DNA from: Patescibacteria group bacterium
GTDB lineage: Bacteria > Patescibacteriota > Microgenomatia > UBA8517
Reading direction: 5' to 3'
DNA: 42,010 nucleotides
Assembly (NCBI GenBank): GCA_038062915.1
Contig: JBBTWD010000012.1
Span: forward strand, 1-42,010
A model generated the notes under the pieces. It saw only the letters and a program-made list of their open reading frames with translations, made no database searches and was not told the DNA's origin. Positions 26,430 to 35,965 of the stretch are shown here, one piece after another. How positions within the stretch are numbered: position 1 is the stretch's first letter; each line of letters begins with the position of its first letter. The position numbers were made by a program, and so were the translations under genes.

Positions 26430-28949
26430 CTAAGGAGTAGGGGTCGGGGCATTGGGATCTACATTTACTCCAATTGTAATTGTTCTATCTGATTCCTTTC
26501 CATTTGCATCCCTGGCCATTGCTCGAATTGTATAAACTCCATCAGAAAGTCCCGAGGCGTCATAATTATATGGGGGACTATCAAAATTTCTGACATTGTT
26601 CCCGTCAATGTAAAGCTCAACCCTGACTATATCACTCGTTGATTCAGCCTTAACCTTAATTGTAAAATTGCTACCCACTTGAGATTTGTCACTCGGTGAA
26701 ACAAAATCAACAACCACAGGATTACCACCTCCACAATAGTCAGAGGGTGGATGATAGCGTGTATCAGCCTGACCCGAAAGCCAGCTTAATATTCCTTCTT
26801 GCCATCTATTGGGTGAGCCAGTTGGGTCTTCTTCTTTAAATACAAAAAATTCTTTTTCTTCATAATTACCTGCTGCAATGTCACCTGGAGCTGCCAGCTT
26901 CCCGTCAGTTTTGCAGATTTTTAGTTTAAGATGGACCCTGTCTTCCTCCGGTTCACTACCTTTTATAAACGATTCTGTTCGACTTGGATAGCCGTCATGA
27001 GCCCGATATCCAGAAATAATATCAACTGAAGCATTAACTATTCCTTTGGGTGTTTCAAAATCCTGGTATTTTTTGCCCAAAAGCGATTCTAACAATATTC
27101 GCCTCCAAATGGGGGAGGCCCCAGACACACCCGAAGCGACATTTAACATTTCACTATTATCGTTATTACCTACCCAAACACCAACCATAACCGCAGGATT
27201 TCCACCAACTGTCCAATTATCTCGTCTGTCATTTGTCGTTCCTGTTTTAACCATTATTTTTTTCCCTGCTATGTTTAAAAGTGAATTGGGACCAAAAACA
27301 TCACGTCTTGCTTCATTGTCAGATAATATATTTGAAATTAGATATGCTTGTTCTTCAGAAATTACTCTTTTTCCTAATTTTGGTTTTGTTTCCTCTAGGA
27401 CTTTTCCATTGACATCTTCTACTTTTAAAATGGCAACTGGTTCAACTCTATGTCCAGTATTTACAAAACCTGAATATGCACTTGTCAAATCAAGAAGTTT
27501 AACCTCACCTCCACCCAGAGTTAAAGAGAGCCCGACGCGTTTTAAAGTTTCATTGTCAGGTTTTAAGGTTGTAATTCCCATTTCGTTTGCGGTAGCAAGT
27601 ACATCTTTTATTCCAACCAGTGCAAGCATTTTAACTGCAGGAATATTTATTGAGTTACCCAGTGCATATCGAATCTGAATAGGACCTTTATATTTACCAT
27701 CATAATTTACGGGTTCGTAATCAGGTTGACTTACTCCTCCAGGAAAAACCGTAGGAACATCCATAACAAGCGTGGAGGCGGAATACCCTTCCTTAAAAGC
27801 TGTCACGTAGGTAAATGGCTTGAATGATGAACCTGGCTGCCTTGGTGAAGTTGTTACATTAACCTGGCCATCATAATCAGGATCGTCAAATCTTTTACTC
27901 CCGACCATGGCTAAAATTTCACCTGTTTGAGGATCAAGAACTACCGCACCCCCGTTTGTAATATGTTGCTTTTCTACTTTTGAGATTTCTTCGGCAACAA
28001 TCTCCTGGGCTGATTCTTGTATGGCAAGATCTAGAGTTGTTGTAACCTTTAAACCACCAGTCTCGACAATAGATTCGCCATATCTTTCTTCAAGAATTTT
28101 TTGGACATAGGAGACAAAATGTGGAGCTTTAAAATCTGACCCCCTTGGTTTAAATTCTAACGATTCAAGCTGGCTACCAGCTTCATTCTCCTGATCACGG
28201 GTTATATAGCCATCTTCACGCATTCTTCTTAAGACTTCCTTCGTTCGACCTATATACGCTTTTGGATCAGAAGAATAAGGAGAATAATAGGAGGGTCTTT
28301 GTGGTAGGCCGGATAGGAAAGCAGATTCTGTAAGCGTTAAGTCTGCGACTTTCTTTCCGAAATAAATTTCAGAAGCGCTTTCAACTCCCCAAGCCGTTCC
28401 TCCATATGGAGCCTCATTTAGATACATCTGTAAGATTTCATCTTTTGTATATTTCTTTTCAATTTGAACGGCTAGTACGAATTCCTTAACTTTTCTATAA
28501 ACACTTCTTTCGGAAGTCAAAAGTACATTCTTAACCAATTGTTGAGTTAGAGTAGATCCTCCTTGAGCACGCCCCTTAGTAAAAATTCGTGTAAAACCAC
28601 GAAGCATACCAATGGGATCAAAACCACTATGGGCATAAAAATTCTTGTCCTCTATTGCGATTGTGGCCTGGCGTAGGTATAAGGGTACACTATCTAGTTT
28701 AATTGGTGTTTGTCTTTTGTCTGAATAAATGTCATACAAAACTTCACCGTTTCTATCTTGTATCTTTGTGGAAAATCCTTCTTGTCTTACAATTTTATCG
28801 GAAGAGGGAAGTCCAAATGTCATCAATGGAAGTATTATGAAAAGAAAAACAAATCCAGCAACAACTGCCCAAAAACCAAGCTTTGCAAACTTAACCAATT
28901 TCTGACTCTTGGCTACAGATTGCCTTCTTCTAACTCTATCTCTCCACAT
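26430..28949 (-). CDS. Class A penicillin-binding protein with C-terminal Ig-like domain
   Basis: EDKNFYAH, GGSTLTQQL, RKVKE (GT51); SSFK, SIN, KTG (transpeptidase); VELYIDG (Ig-like). Confidence 0.95.
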   Translation of the reverse strand: MWRDRVRRRQSVAKSQKLVKFAKLGFWAVVAGFVFLFIILPLMTFGLPSSDKIVRQEGFSTKIQDRNGEVLYDIYSDKRQTPIKLDSVPLYLRQATIAIEDKNFYAHSGFDPIGMLRGFTRIFTKGRAQGGSTLTQQLVKNVLLTSERSVYRKVKEFVLAVQIEKKYTKDEILQMYLNEAPYGGTAWGVESASEIYFGKKVADLTLTESAFLSGLPQRPSYYSPYSSDPKAYIGRTKEVLRRMREDGYITRDQENEAGSQLESLEFKPRGSDFKAPHFVSYVQKILEERYGESIVETGGLKVTTTLDLAIQESAQEIVAEEISKVEKQHITNGGAVVLDPQTGEILAMVGSKRFDDPDYDGQVNVTTSPRQPGSSFKPFTYVTAFKEGYSASTLVMDVPTVFPGGVSQPDYEPVNYDGKYKGPIQIRYALGNSINIPAVKMLALVGIKDVLATANEMGITTLKPDNETLKRVGLSLTLGGGEVKLLDLTSAYSGFVNTGHRVEPVAILKVEDVNGKVLEETKPKLGKRVISEEQAYLISNILSDNEARRDVFGPNSLLNIAGKKIMVKTGTTNDRRDNWTVGGNPAVMVGVWVGNNDNSEMLNVASGVSGASPIWRRILLESLLGKKYQDFETPKGIVNASVDIISGYRAHDGYPSRTESFIKGSEPEEDRVHLKLKICKTDGKLAAPGDIAAGNYEEKEFFVFKEEDPTGSPNRWQEGILSWLSGQADTRYHPPSDYCGGGNPVVVDFVSPSDKSQVGSNFTIKVKAESTSDIVRVELYIDGNNVRNFDSPPYNYDASGLSDGVYTIRAMARDANGKESDRTITIGVNVDPNAPTPTP

Positions 28950-29017
28950 TATTGATACATTCTAACAAAGATAGATCCACTTGACTACTTTTCACAGACA
29001 AATGCTAATATCTTCTT

Positions 29018-29176
29018 ATGGCATACAAAACATTTTGCGATATTTGCAAAAAAGAAATAAAAGTAGGTGGGATTCATGTGAGACTTCATCTTGATACCGG
29101 CCAATTTTGTGAAACCTGCTGGATAGATAAGAAAAATTGGCCAAAAATCCACAAAGTTATAAAAGAAAACGATTGA
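29018..29176 (+). CDS. 52-aa zinc-finger microprotein (not in ORF track)
   Basis: MAYKTFCDICKKEIKVGGIHVRLHLDTGQFCETCWIDKKNWPKIHKVIKEND; TGc-TAATAT 6 nt upstream. Confidence 0.7.
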   Translation: MAYKTFCDICKKEIKVGGIHVRLHLDTGQFCETCWIDKKNWPKIHKVIKEND

Positions 29177-29180
29177 CTTC

Positions 29181-29208
29181 TGTATCACTGTACTAGTACG
29201 ATGGTACA
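29181..29208. promoter_or_regulatory. Palindromic operator 1 (TrpR-like)
   Basis: TGTATCACTGTACTAGTACGATGGTACA, directly after TTGACT at 29173-29178. Confidence 0.75.
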
Positions 29209-29698
29209 AGTGATAAAAAGGCGCCTAAAATCTGATTTAATTTTTGATTTAATAAATGCATTCAATTCAATTAAATCCTCACAAGAAAGCGCGTCCTTTC
29301 TTCAAGATATTTTAACAGCAAGTGAGATCAAAAATCTTTCCATTCGCCTTAGAATTGCCAAGCTTCTTCTGGTTGGAGAGAAACAAAGAGATATTTCCTT
29401 GAATTTAAGAGTAAGTATAGCTACTGTTACAAAAGTAAACGCATGGCTAAACCAAAAAGGTGAGGGATTAAAGCAAGTAATCTCGAGGCTACCTCAGAAA
29501 TATGACATCCCGATAAATTCTATTGGAGGACCTCTTGAGTTTCATCTTCCTGAAGTTCTTGCCGCGTCAATTCAGTATACATTCGCTTCAGCCCAGAACA
29601 AGAAAGCAAATAGGTTTATCGAGGGTGTAAATGAAAAGTCTCTACTGGATAAACAACTAAAAGAAATCTCTGATGAGACATATAAACATAAAGGATAA
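29201..29698 (+). CDS. TrpR/YerC-family repressor with C-terminal extension (start 29201 or GTG 29210)
   Basis: FLQDILTASEIKNLSIRLRIAKLL...QRDISLNLRVSIATVTKV HTH. Confidence 0.85.
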   Translation: MVQVIKRRLKSDLIFDLINAFNSIKSSQESASFLQDILTASEIKNLSIRLRIAKLLLVGEKQRDISLNLRVSIATVTKVNAWLNQKGEGLKQVISRLPQKYDIPINSIGGPLEFHLPEVLAASIQYTFASAQNKKANRFIEGVNEKSLLDKQLKEISDETYKHKG

Positions 29699-29700
29699 TT

Positions 29701-29728
29701 TGTATCACTGTACTAGTACGATAGTACA
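29701..29728. promoter_or_regulatory. Palindromic operator 2, upstream of the tyrS promoter
   Basis: TGTATCACTGTACTAGTACGATAGTACA, 27/28 identical to operator 1. Confidence 0.7.
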
Positions 29729-29778
29729 AAAAACGAAACTAATTGTGCAAAATGCCAAATAGCAACTATAATTAAATT

Positions 29779-30924
29779 ATGGATAAAATTGATGAAATAT
29801 TAACAAGGGGTGTCGTTAATATTATCCCTGGTAAAAAGGAATTAGAAATTGTTTTAAATTCTGGTAAAAAACTAAATGTCTACTTGGGTATTGACCCTAC
29901 CGCAACAAAAATACATCTTGGTAATGCAGTAGCGCTAAGAAAACTTCAGCAACTTGTTGGGCTTGGACATAACGTAACTTTTTTAATTGGCGATGCTACA
30001 GCTTTAATTGGCGATACCTCTGATAAAGATAACGAGCGGCCCGTCTTGACACCCGAAGAGATTAAGGAAAATTTCAAAAATTATAAAAATCAAGCTAGTA
30101 AAATTCTTGATTTCTCAAAAGTTACAATAAAATTTAATAGTGAATGGTTAAATAAGCTAAGTTTTACCGACACGATCAAACTTGCGCAAAACTTTTCATT
30201 CGGAGATTTTGCCAGTCGAGAACTTGTTAAAAAAAGATTGGCTGATAAAAAAAGGGTTGGACTTCATGAAGCGCTTTACCCAGCAATGCAGGGTTATGAT
30301 AGTTATTTCTTAGATACTGATATTCAAATCGGTGGAGCCGATCAAACTTTTAATATGCAGGCCGGAAGAATTCTGCAAAAAAATCTAAGAGGAAAAGAGT
30401 CTTTCATAATTGTAACTGGATATTTAGAAGGAACTGACGGAAGAAAAATGAGTAAGAGTTGGGGAAATGCTATATGGTTAAATGATAGACCGGAAGAAAT
30501 TTTCGGTAAAATACTTTCTATTCGAGACGATCTAGTCGAAACGTATCTAACACTCGCCACAAACTTACAAGCGGATGAAATTTCTAAAATAAAAAGTTTA
30601 CAACCACTTGAAACTAAAAAACAATTGGCGTTTTATATTGTTAAGGAATTACATAGTGAAAAAGAAGCTAAAAGCGCGCAAGGAAATTTTGAAAAAACTT
30701 TTCAAGATAAAAAGCCAGAATTTGAAACTGAAGTACCGGTAAAAAACACTTTGGCAGAAACTATTGCGCCTTTTACCTCTCTTGCTTCAATATCAGATGC
30801 CAAAAGATTAATTAAAAACGGGGGAGTAGATATTAGCGGGGAGACAATTTATGATCCCAATTATAGACCAAGAGTTGGCGAATTAATTAAAGTCGGAAAA
30901 AGATTATTTGGAAAAATTAAATGA
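29779..30924 (+). CDS. tyrS: Tyrosyl-tRNA synthetase
   Basis: YLGIDPT..IHLGN; YPAMQGYD; GGADQTFN; KMSKS; S4-like tail. Confidence 0.97.
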   Translation: MDKIDEILTRGVVNIIPGKKELEIVLNSGKKLNVYLGIDPTATKIHLGNAVALRKLQQLVGLGHNVTFLIGDATALIGDTSDKDNERPVLTPEEIKENFKNYKNQASKILDFSKVTIKFNSEWLNKLSFTDTIKLAQNFSFGDFASRELVKKRLADKKRVGLHEALYPAMQGYDSYFLDTDIQIGGADQTFNMQAGRILQKNLRGKESFIIVTGYLEGTDGRKMSKSWGNAIWLNDRPEEIFGKILSIRDDLVETYLTLATNLQADEISKIKSLQPLETKKQLAFYIVKELHSEKEAKSAQGNFEKTFQDKKPEFETEVPVKNTLAETIAPFTSLASISDAKRLIKNGGVDISGETIYDPNYRPRVGELIKVGKRLFGKIK

Positions 30925-31019
30925 TTTCAAGGGGAGCTAAAAAAATTTTTGTAATAATAACCATAATTGCCGGGATATCGCTTCTAATAGGGTCAATGAT
31001 TCCTTTTCTATTTATATGA
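30921..31019 (+). CDS. 32-aa single-TM microprotein (not in ORF track)
   Basis: MISRGAKKIFVIITIIAGISLLIGSMIPFLFI; ATGA overlaps with both tyrS and recG. Confidence 0.7.
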   Translation: MISRGAKKIFVIITIIAGISLLIGSMIPFLFI

Positions 31020-32953
31020 TTTTCGCAGACTTAAAGCGCCTAGGAATTGAGTCAAGTCTAGATCTTTTAAACCACATACCTATCCGATATGTTGACTATT
31101 CAAATCTCACTACAATCGCTAACGCCGTGGTCGATGAAGTTGTAACAATTAAAGGCAAAATCGCATCTCTTAGAAACATCTTCACCAAAAGAGGGCTAAG
31201 AATGCAGATAGGTGCACTAGAAGATAACGCAGGCAAAATTTCCATTGTTTGGTTCAACCAACCATTTCTTACAAAAGCACTTTTCCCAGGAAGGGAGGTG
31301 GCACTATCCGGGAAGGTTACTTTGTTTTCGGGCCGCCCAGCACTAGTTTCTCCCGAATACGAAACCCTAACTAATCTTCATGATACAACACATACAGGGC
31401 GTCTTATTCCTGTTTATCCCGAAACATCGGGTATATCTTCAAAATGGATTCGAACAAGAATAAGAAAAATTTTTGCCGCTGAATCTTCCAAATTAGAAGA
31501 ATCTTTACCAAAAGAATACTTGAAAAAAACACGTCTCGCAACAACGCTTACGGCCTATCAATTTGTACATTTCCCAAAAAATTTGAAAGAGGCGGAAACC
31601 GGAAGAAAGCGATTAGCATTCAACGAACTACTTAATATTCAGCTAAATTCGATGAAGAAAAAACTGAATTGGCAAAAAAAACGCTCTGCGAACAAATTAA
31701 CTATTAACAGTTTGGCTATTAACAAATTCATCAATCAACTACCGTTTAAATTAACCGCGTCACAGAAAACCGCAACCGACGAAATTTTAAACGATTTACA
31801 AAAAAATACTCCCATGAATAGACTACTTGAGGGGGACGTTGGAAGTGGTAAAACCGTTGTAGCCGCCATCGCCGCATATGCTATTTATTTAAATGGCAAG
31901 CAGTCTGTTTTTATGGCCCCAACTCAAATTCTGGCCCAGCAACATTTCGATACGCTTAAAAAGTTTTTTCCAAAACTTAAAATCTCTCTTGTTATTTCTA
32001 ATGGCCAACGACCAATAGCTAATAGCTATATCTATGTCGGTACCCACGCCTTACTCCACAGCAAATTAGATTTTAAAAACGTAGCATTGGTAGTAATTGA
32101 CGAGCAACATAGGTTTGGAGTTGAGCAAAGGGCTACCCTAATCAAAAAATCCAAAGCTCCACACGTTCTTACTATGACAGCAACCCCAATCCCCAGAACA
32201 ATAGCACAAACCCTGTATGGGGATCTTGACCTTTCAACTTTAAGTGAGATGCCAGCAGGAAGGCAAAATATAACCACTTGGCATGTACCACCATCCAAAC
32301 GGGATGGGGCCTATGAATGGATCAAGTCACAAATCACTAATTACCAATCACAAGTCTTTGTCGTTTGCCCTCTCATTGATCAAAGCGATAAAGAGACCAT
32401 GAAAGACATCAGGAATGTAACAACAGAATATCAAATGCTAAAAAAACAAATGTCAAATTTAAAATTGGGACTGCTACATGGAAGACTAAAGTCGAAAGAG
32501 AAAGATAAGGTCTTAAAAGACTTCAGAAATGGAAAGACAGATATTTTAGTTACAACTCCAGTGGTTGAAGTTGGGATTGATATTCCCAATGCAACCATAA
32601 TGGTAATTGAGGCCGCTGAAAGATTTGGCCTTGCACAGCTACATCAATTAAGGGGGAGGGTGGGAAGAAGTGATAAAAAATCATATTGCTTACTGTTTAG
32701 TAATGTCAAATATTCAAGGAGACTTAACGCCATGACAAAAACCAATTCAGGATTCATTCTTGCAGAGCTTGACTTAAAGCTTCGAGGTCCGGGGGAGATA
32801 TTTGGAATCAAACAGCATGGTTTCCCACAATTTAAAGCCGCCAGCTGGTCCGATACTGATTTAATAAAAAAGACCAAGATACTAGCGGAAGATGTTTTTA
32901 AAAATCCAAAGAGCTATAAAAATCTCATTGATAAAATAACGACCATGAGTTAG
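31016..32953 (+). CDS. recG: ATP-dependent DNA helicase RecG
   Basis: GDVGSGKT; DEQHRFG; TATPIPRT; QLRGRVGR; wedge OB domain. Confidence 0.97.
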   Translation: MIFADLKRLGIESSLDLLNHIPIRYVDYSNLTTIANAVVDEVVTIKGKIASLRNIFTKRGLRMQIGALEDNAGKISIVWFNQPFLTKALFPGREVALSGKVTLFSGRPALVSPEYETLTNLHDTTHTGRLIPVYPETSGISSKWIRTRIRKIFAAESSKLEESLPKEYLKKTRLATTLTAYQFVHFPKNLKEAETGRKRLAFNELLNIQLNSMKKKLNWQKKRSANKLTINSLAINKFINQLPFKLTASQKTATDEILNDLQKNTPMNRLLEGDVGSGKTVVAAIAAYAIYLNGKQSVFMAPTQILAQQHFDTLKKFFPKLKISLVISNGQRPIANSYIYVGTHALLHSKLDFKNVALVVIDEQHRFGVEQRATLIKKSKAPHVLTMTATPIPRTIAQTLYGDLDLSTLSEMPAGRQNITTWHVPPSKRDGAYEWIKSQITNYQSQVFVVCPLIDQSDKETMKDIRNVTTEYQMLKKQMSNLKLGLLHGRLKSKEKDKVLKDFRNGKTDILVTTPVVEVGIDIPNATIMVIEAAERFGLAQLHQLRGRVGRSDKKSYCLLFSNVKYSRRLNAMTKTNSGFILAELDLKLRGPGEIFGIKQHGFPQFKAASWSDTDLIKKTKILAEDVFKNPKSYKNLIDKITTMS

Positions 32954-32961
32954 AATCAGTC

Positions 32962-33120
32962 ATGACTCCTTTACCAAAAAAGAAGCACACGAAGTCACGG
33001 ACTGGTAAAAGACGTGGTGGACAAGCCAAGATGTCATTACCAAATCTATCTAAGTGTTCTAATTGTGGACATTTGAGGCAATCGCACATGGCTTGCCCCG
33101 AGTGTGGACATTACAAGTGA
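32962..33120 (+). CDS. rpmF: 50S ribosomal protein L32, Zn-binding form (not in ORF track)
   Basis: [18 protein letters not shown]...CSNCG...[11 protein letters not shown]. Confidence 0.95.
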   Translation: MTPLPKKKHTKSRTGKRRGGQAKMSLPNLSKCSNCGHLRQSHMACPECGHYK

Positions 33121-33467
33121 AAACTGCAACTGACCCCAGACATCTAAGAAGAAGGGAGACTATTAAATTTCTTTTCGCCCAAACATATGCCCCGCAACCA
33201 AAGCCATCCGAGCTTGTTTTAAAAATTCTGAAGAAATTAAAAAAAATCGATTCTGAAATTCAAATCGCCGCTCCAGATTGGCCACTTGAAAACTTAAATA
33301 AAATTGATTTGTCAATTTTGAGACTTGCAACATATGAACTTAAATATGAAAATACTCCACCAAAAGTGGTTATTGATGAAGCTGTCGAGCTTGCAAAAGA
33401 ATATGGAAGCGAATCTTCCTCTTCCTTTATTAATGGAGTATTGGGTACAATCTACAAAGATGGATAA
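33117..33467 (+). CDS. nusB: Transcription antitermination factor NusB
   Basis: IDLSILRLA; [17 protein letters not shown]; FINGVL; GTG start overlaps the rpmF stop. Confidence 0.95.
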   Translation: MKTATDPRHLRRRETIKFLFAQTYAPQPKPSELVLKILKKLKKIDSEIQIAAPDWPLENLNKIDLSILRLATYELKYENTPPKVVIDEAVELAKEYGSESSSSFINGVLGTIYKDG

Positions 33468-33690
33468 AATGAATAACAGTAGCTTCGCTATACGAAAACT
33501 TCTGGCTGATCATCTTGGCCTTGAGCCGACCGACATCGAGGACGAAGATTCTTTGACTATTGATCTGCACATGACCCCAGCTGATCTAACCGACTTTATA
33601 GAAACTTTAAATTCAAATGGATTTGATTCCTCCAAACTAGATTTTTCCGAAATTGAAACTTTCGGCGAGCTAAATGAAAAACTTACCTAA
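33460..33690 (+). CDS. Acyl carrier protein-like protein lacking the canonical phosphopantetheine Ser
   Basis: [10 protein letters not shown]...DLHMTPADL...IETFGEL acidic ACP pattern; directly upstream of rnc. Confidence 0.7.
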   Translation: MDKMNNSSFAIRKLLADHLGLEPTDIEDEDSLTIDLHMTPADLTDFIETLNSNGFDSSKLDFSEIETFGELNEKLT

Positions 33691-34351
33691 CCTTTTTATT
33701 AACAATAGCCTTTTTGACCAAGCCCTGACCCATCGATCTTGGGTAAATGAGCATAAAGGAAAAAGAACGTCAAATGAGCGTCTAGAATTTTTAGGAGATG
33801 CGGTACTTGAATTTATAGTCTCCAGAGAGCTTTATAAATCGTTTCCTGATAAAGAAGAGGGATATTTAACTGCACTAAGAGCTAATCTGGTAAACACAAT
33901 TTCACTCGCCGAAATCGCCAAAAACCTGAACCTTGGAAGCATTATTTACCTATCTAAGGGCGAGGAAGAGACAGGTGGGAGAACCAACTTATCACTTTTG
34001 GCTGACACAGTCGAGGCTATTATCGGAGCTTTGTTTATAGACGGCGGACTTTCCTCGGCAGAAGAATTCATTAACAAAAACCTACTCCATGAGCTCGGTA
34101 AAAGAGCACTACTACCTTTAAAGGACGCAAAAAGCCTCCTGCAGGAATATGTCCAGTCGAGAGGATTATTAACTCCCAAATATAAGGTTATAAGGGAAAT
34201 CGGACCGGATCATAACAAGGAATTTGAAATTGAAGCAGTGGTAGACAGTAAGGCTTGGGGCAGAGGGGTGGGTAAGAGTAAGGCCGTAGCTGAACAGGAA
34301 GCTGCAAAAGTAGCTCTAGATATGATACAATCGTCCGATGGTGAAAATTAA
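33674..34351 (+). CDS. rnc: Ribonuclease III
   Basis: NERLEFLGDAVL; dsRBD. Confidence 0.97.
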   Translation: MKNLPNLFINNSLFDQALTHRSWVNEHKGKRTSNERLEFLGDAVLEFIVSRELYKSFPDKEEGYLTALRANLVNTISLAEIAKNLNLGSIIYLSKGEEETGGRTNLSLLADTVEAIIGALFIDGGLSSAEEFINKNLLHELGKRALLPLKDAKSLLQEYVQSRGLLTPKYKVIREIGPDHNKEFEIEAVVDSKAWGRGVGKSKAVAEQEAAKVALDMIQSSDGEN

Positions 34352-34574
34352 ACTAGCAAAATTCGGTCGAAAAAAGGCACCTTTTTATAGAATTGTGGCG
34401 ATTGCCGACAAATCAAAAAGGGAAGGCAAACCCGTAGACACTTTGGGTTACTGGAACCCTTCTAGCGACGAATTAAAATTTGATAAAGAAAAATTAAAAG
34501 TTTTAGTTGAAAAAGGAGCACAAATAACAACCGGTGTAGCAAAACTGTTTACCAAGAAAGTGACTGTAAAATGA
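34338..34574 (+). CDS. rpsP: 30S ribosomal protein S16
   Basis: MVKIKLAKFGRKKAPFYRIV...LGYWNP...GAQ. Confidence 0.95.
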   Translation: MVKIKLAKFGRKKAPFYRIVAIADKSKREGKPVDTLGYWNPSSDELKFDKEKLKVLVEKGAQITTGVAKLFTKKVTVK

Positions 34575-34798
34575 AAAATCTTCTCGATTTTTTGTTAAAA
34601 GGAATATTGGGAGAAGAATCGTTCGAAGTTTCCGAGTCCGAAGATATGGGAAGAACTCTATATTCAATTAAAACTGAAGATAAAAATAAAGGATTAATCA
34701 TCGGAAAAGGTGGAAAGATGATTAACGCGCTTCGTAATATTCTCAAGGTTAAAGCAACCCTCGAAAAAACCGCAGTCAACGTCCAAGTCACTGACTAA
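34571..34798 (+). CDS. khpA: KH-domain RNA-binding protein KhpA
   Basis: GLIIGKGGKMINALR; follows rpsP. Confidence 0.85.
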   Translation: MKNLLDFLLKGILGEESFEVSESEDMGRTLYSIKTEDKNKGLIIGKGGKMINALRNILKVKATLEKTAVNVQVTD

Positions 34799-35444
34799 AA
34801 GGATCTTCGCGAAATTCATCTTTCGCCGGCGGAAGCATAAAAAAGGCCGGTTGTATGAGAGAGGAAAGAGAATCAAGTGTTTCTTTTTCTTCGACGGTTA
34901 AACCTTCAATTGCTTCCAAAAGAGCGGGAAGCTTTTTAGGTAAACTTGCCCAAAAAACTTCGACTGATACCTCAGCTTGAGTTATATCCAAAGGTTCGCT
35001 TATTTTAATTTTTTCAATTAATGTTAACGGGGAAATGTTTTTAATACTCCGTAAAAATTGGGTTACAAACTCTCTTGGGCCTTCAATTTCAAAACTAACA
35101 CTTACTTTTTTAGTCTCCGGTTTATCCGGCATCTCTAGGCCCGTTTTTGTATTAAAAAAGATAACACCATTGTCATTAGCAAGCTTCTTTAACTGTGAAA
35201 TAACAATTAAAGATGGATTTGTTTCGGGTAGTGCGTTCAGCGAAAGATCAGAGAAAAAAAGCGAATCGTTTCCAATTTCCTCTAAAATATCTATCTTTTG
35301 CCGAAGTACGGTAACATCTTTTTTGGCTTGAGAAATTTTACTCCTCAAATCGTTAATCTTTTTATATCCAAACTGTAAAGAAAATATAAATAAAAAAAAT
35401 ATACCCAAAAGCAAAAAAATATTTAAAAGAAACTCTTTTTTCAT
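34788..35444 (-). CDS. pilO: Type IV pilus assembly protein, PilO-like
   Basis: TM, coiled coil, ALP motif, ferredoxin-like pattern; position after pilM/pilN. Confidence 0.7.
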   Translation of the reverse strand: MKKEFLLNIFLLLGIFFLFIFSLQFGYKKINDLRSKISQAKKDVTVLRQKIDILEEIGNDSLFFSDLSLNALPETNPSLIVISQLKKLANDNGVIFFNTKTGLEMPDKPETKKVSVSFEIEGPREFVTQFLRSIKNISPLTLIEKIKISEPLDITQAEVSVEVFWASLPKKLPALLEAIEGLTVEEKETLDSLSSLIQPAFFMLPPAKDEFREDPFSQ

Positions 35445-35965
35445 TTTTCTTCAAACATCAAACTGACCAGATACCCGTTTTCCGGCGCAAAACTAATAGA
35501 CTTCATTATTACCTGCCCGAATGAATTTACTTGCGTTAAATCATTAAAAAAATTCTTTAAAGCCTGAAGCGAAGCAAAATTTATTGAGACGCTGGTTTTT
35601 TGTAAATCAAGATTTACTTCCTCTATTAAACTATCGGCAGGTACTTTTGAAAGAATAGAGGAAATTTTCTCAAGTTTATCTCCGGATGAAGACACCTGTC
35701 TTAAAACCTTTATTTTTGACAAACGATCTTTTAATAAAACCGCTCGGGTTTCCGTGGCTTCTTGAAATTCGACTTGAGTTTTCAGCGAACCGATGTCTGC
35801 TTCAAGATTCTTTAATTCCATCGCACTCAAAATTAAAAACGAAATAGATCCCAGTATCGTAACCAAAAACAGCGCAAGCGTAAGATAGGTAAATTGTTTT
35901 ATAAACCTTGTGTATTTACCAAGACCGGACGTGGCCGTATATTCTTTGGGTAGTAAATTTATCAT
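35441..35965 (-). CDS. pilN: Type IV pilus assembly protein, PilN-like
   Basis: N-terminal INLLP PilM-binding motif; TM; coiled coil. Confidence 0.85.
   Translation of the reverse strand: MINLLPKEYTATSGLGKYTRFIKQFTYLTLALFLVTILGSISFLILSAMELKNLEADIGSLKTQVEFQEATETRAVLLKDRLSKIKVLRQVSSSGDKLEKISSILSKVPADSLIEEVNLDLQKTSVSINFASLQALKNFFNDLTQVNSFGQVIMKSISFAPENGYLVSLMFEEK

Noticed and set aside
28985-29209. 74-aa minus-strand ORF
   Set aside because: The plus-strand zinc-finger ORF with a properly spaced promoter is better supported
29181-29728. CRISPR array from the 28-bp palindromic repeats
   Set aside because: Only two copies, 520 bp apart around a gene; no cas genes in the window
23130-33459. Track starts for pheS (23130), nusB (33063) and the ACP-like ORF (33325)
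   Set aside because: These extensions overlap rplT, rpmF and nusB; internal starts at 23190, 33117 and 33460 fit better
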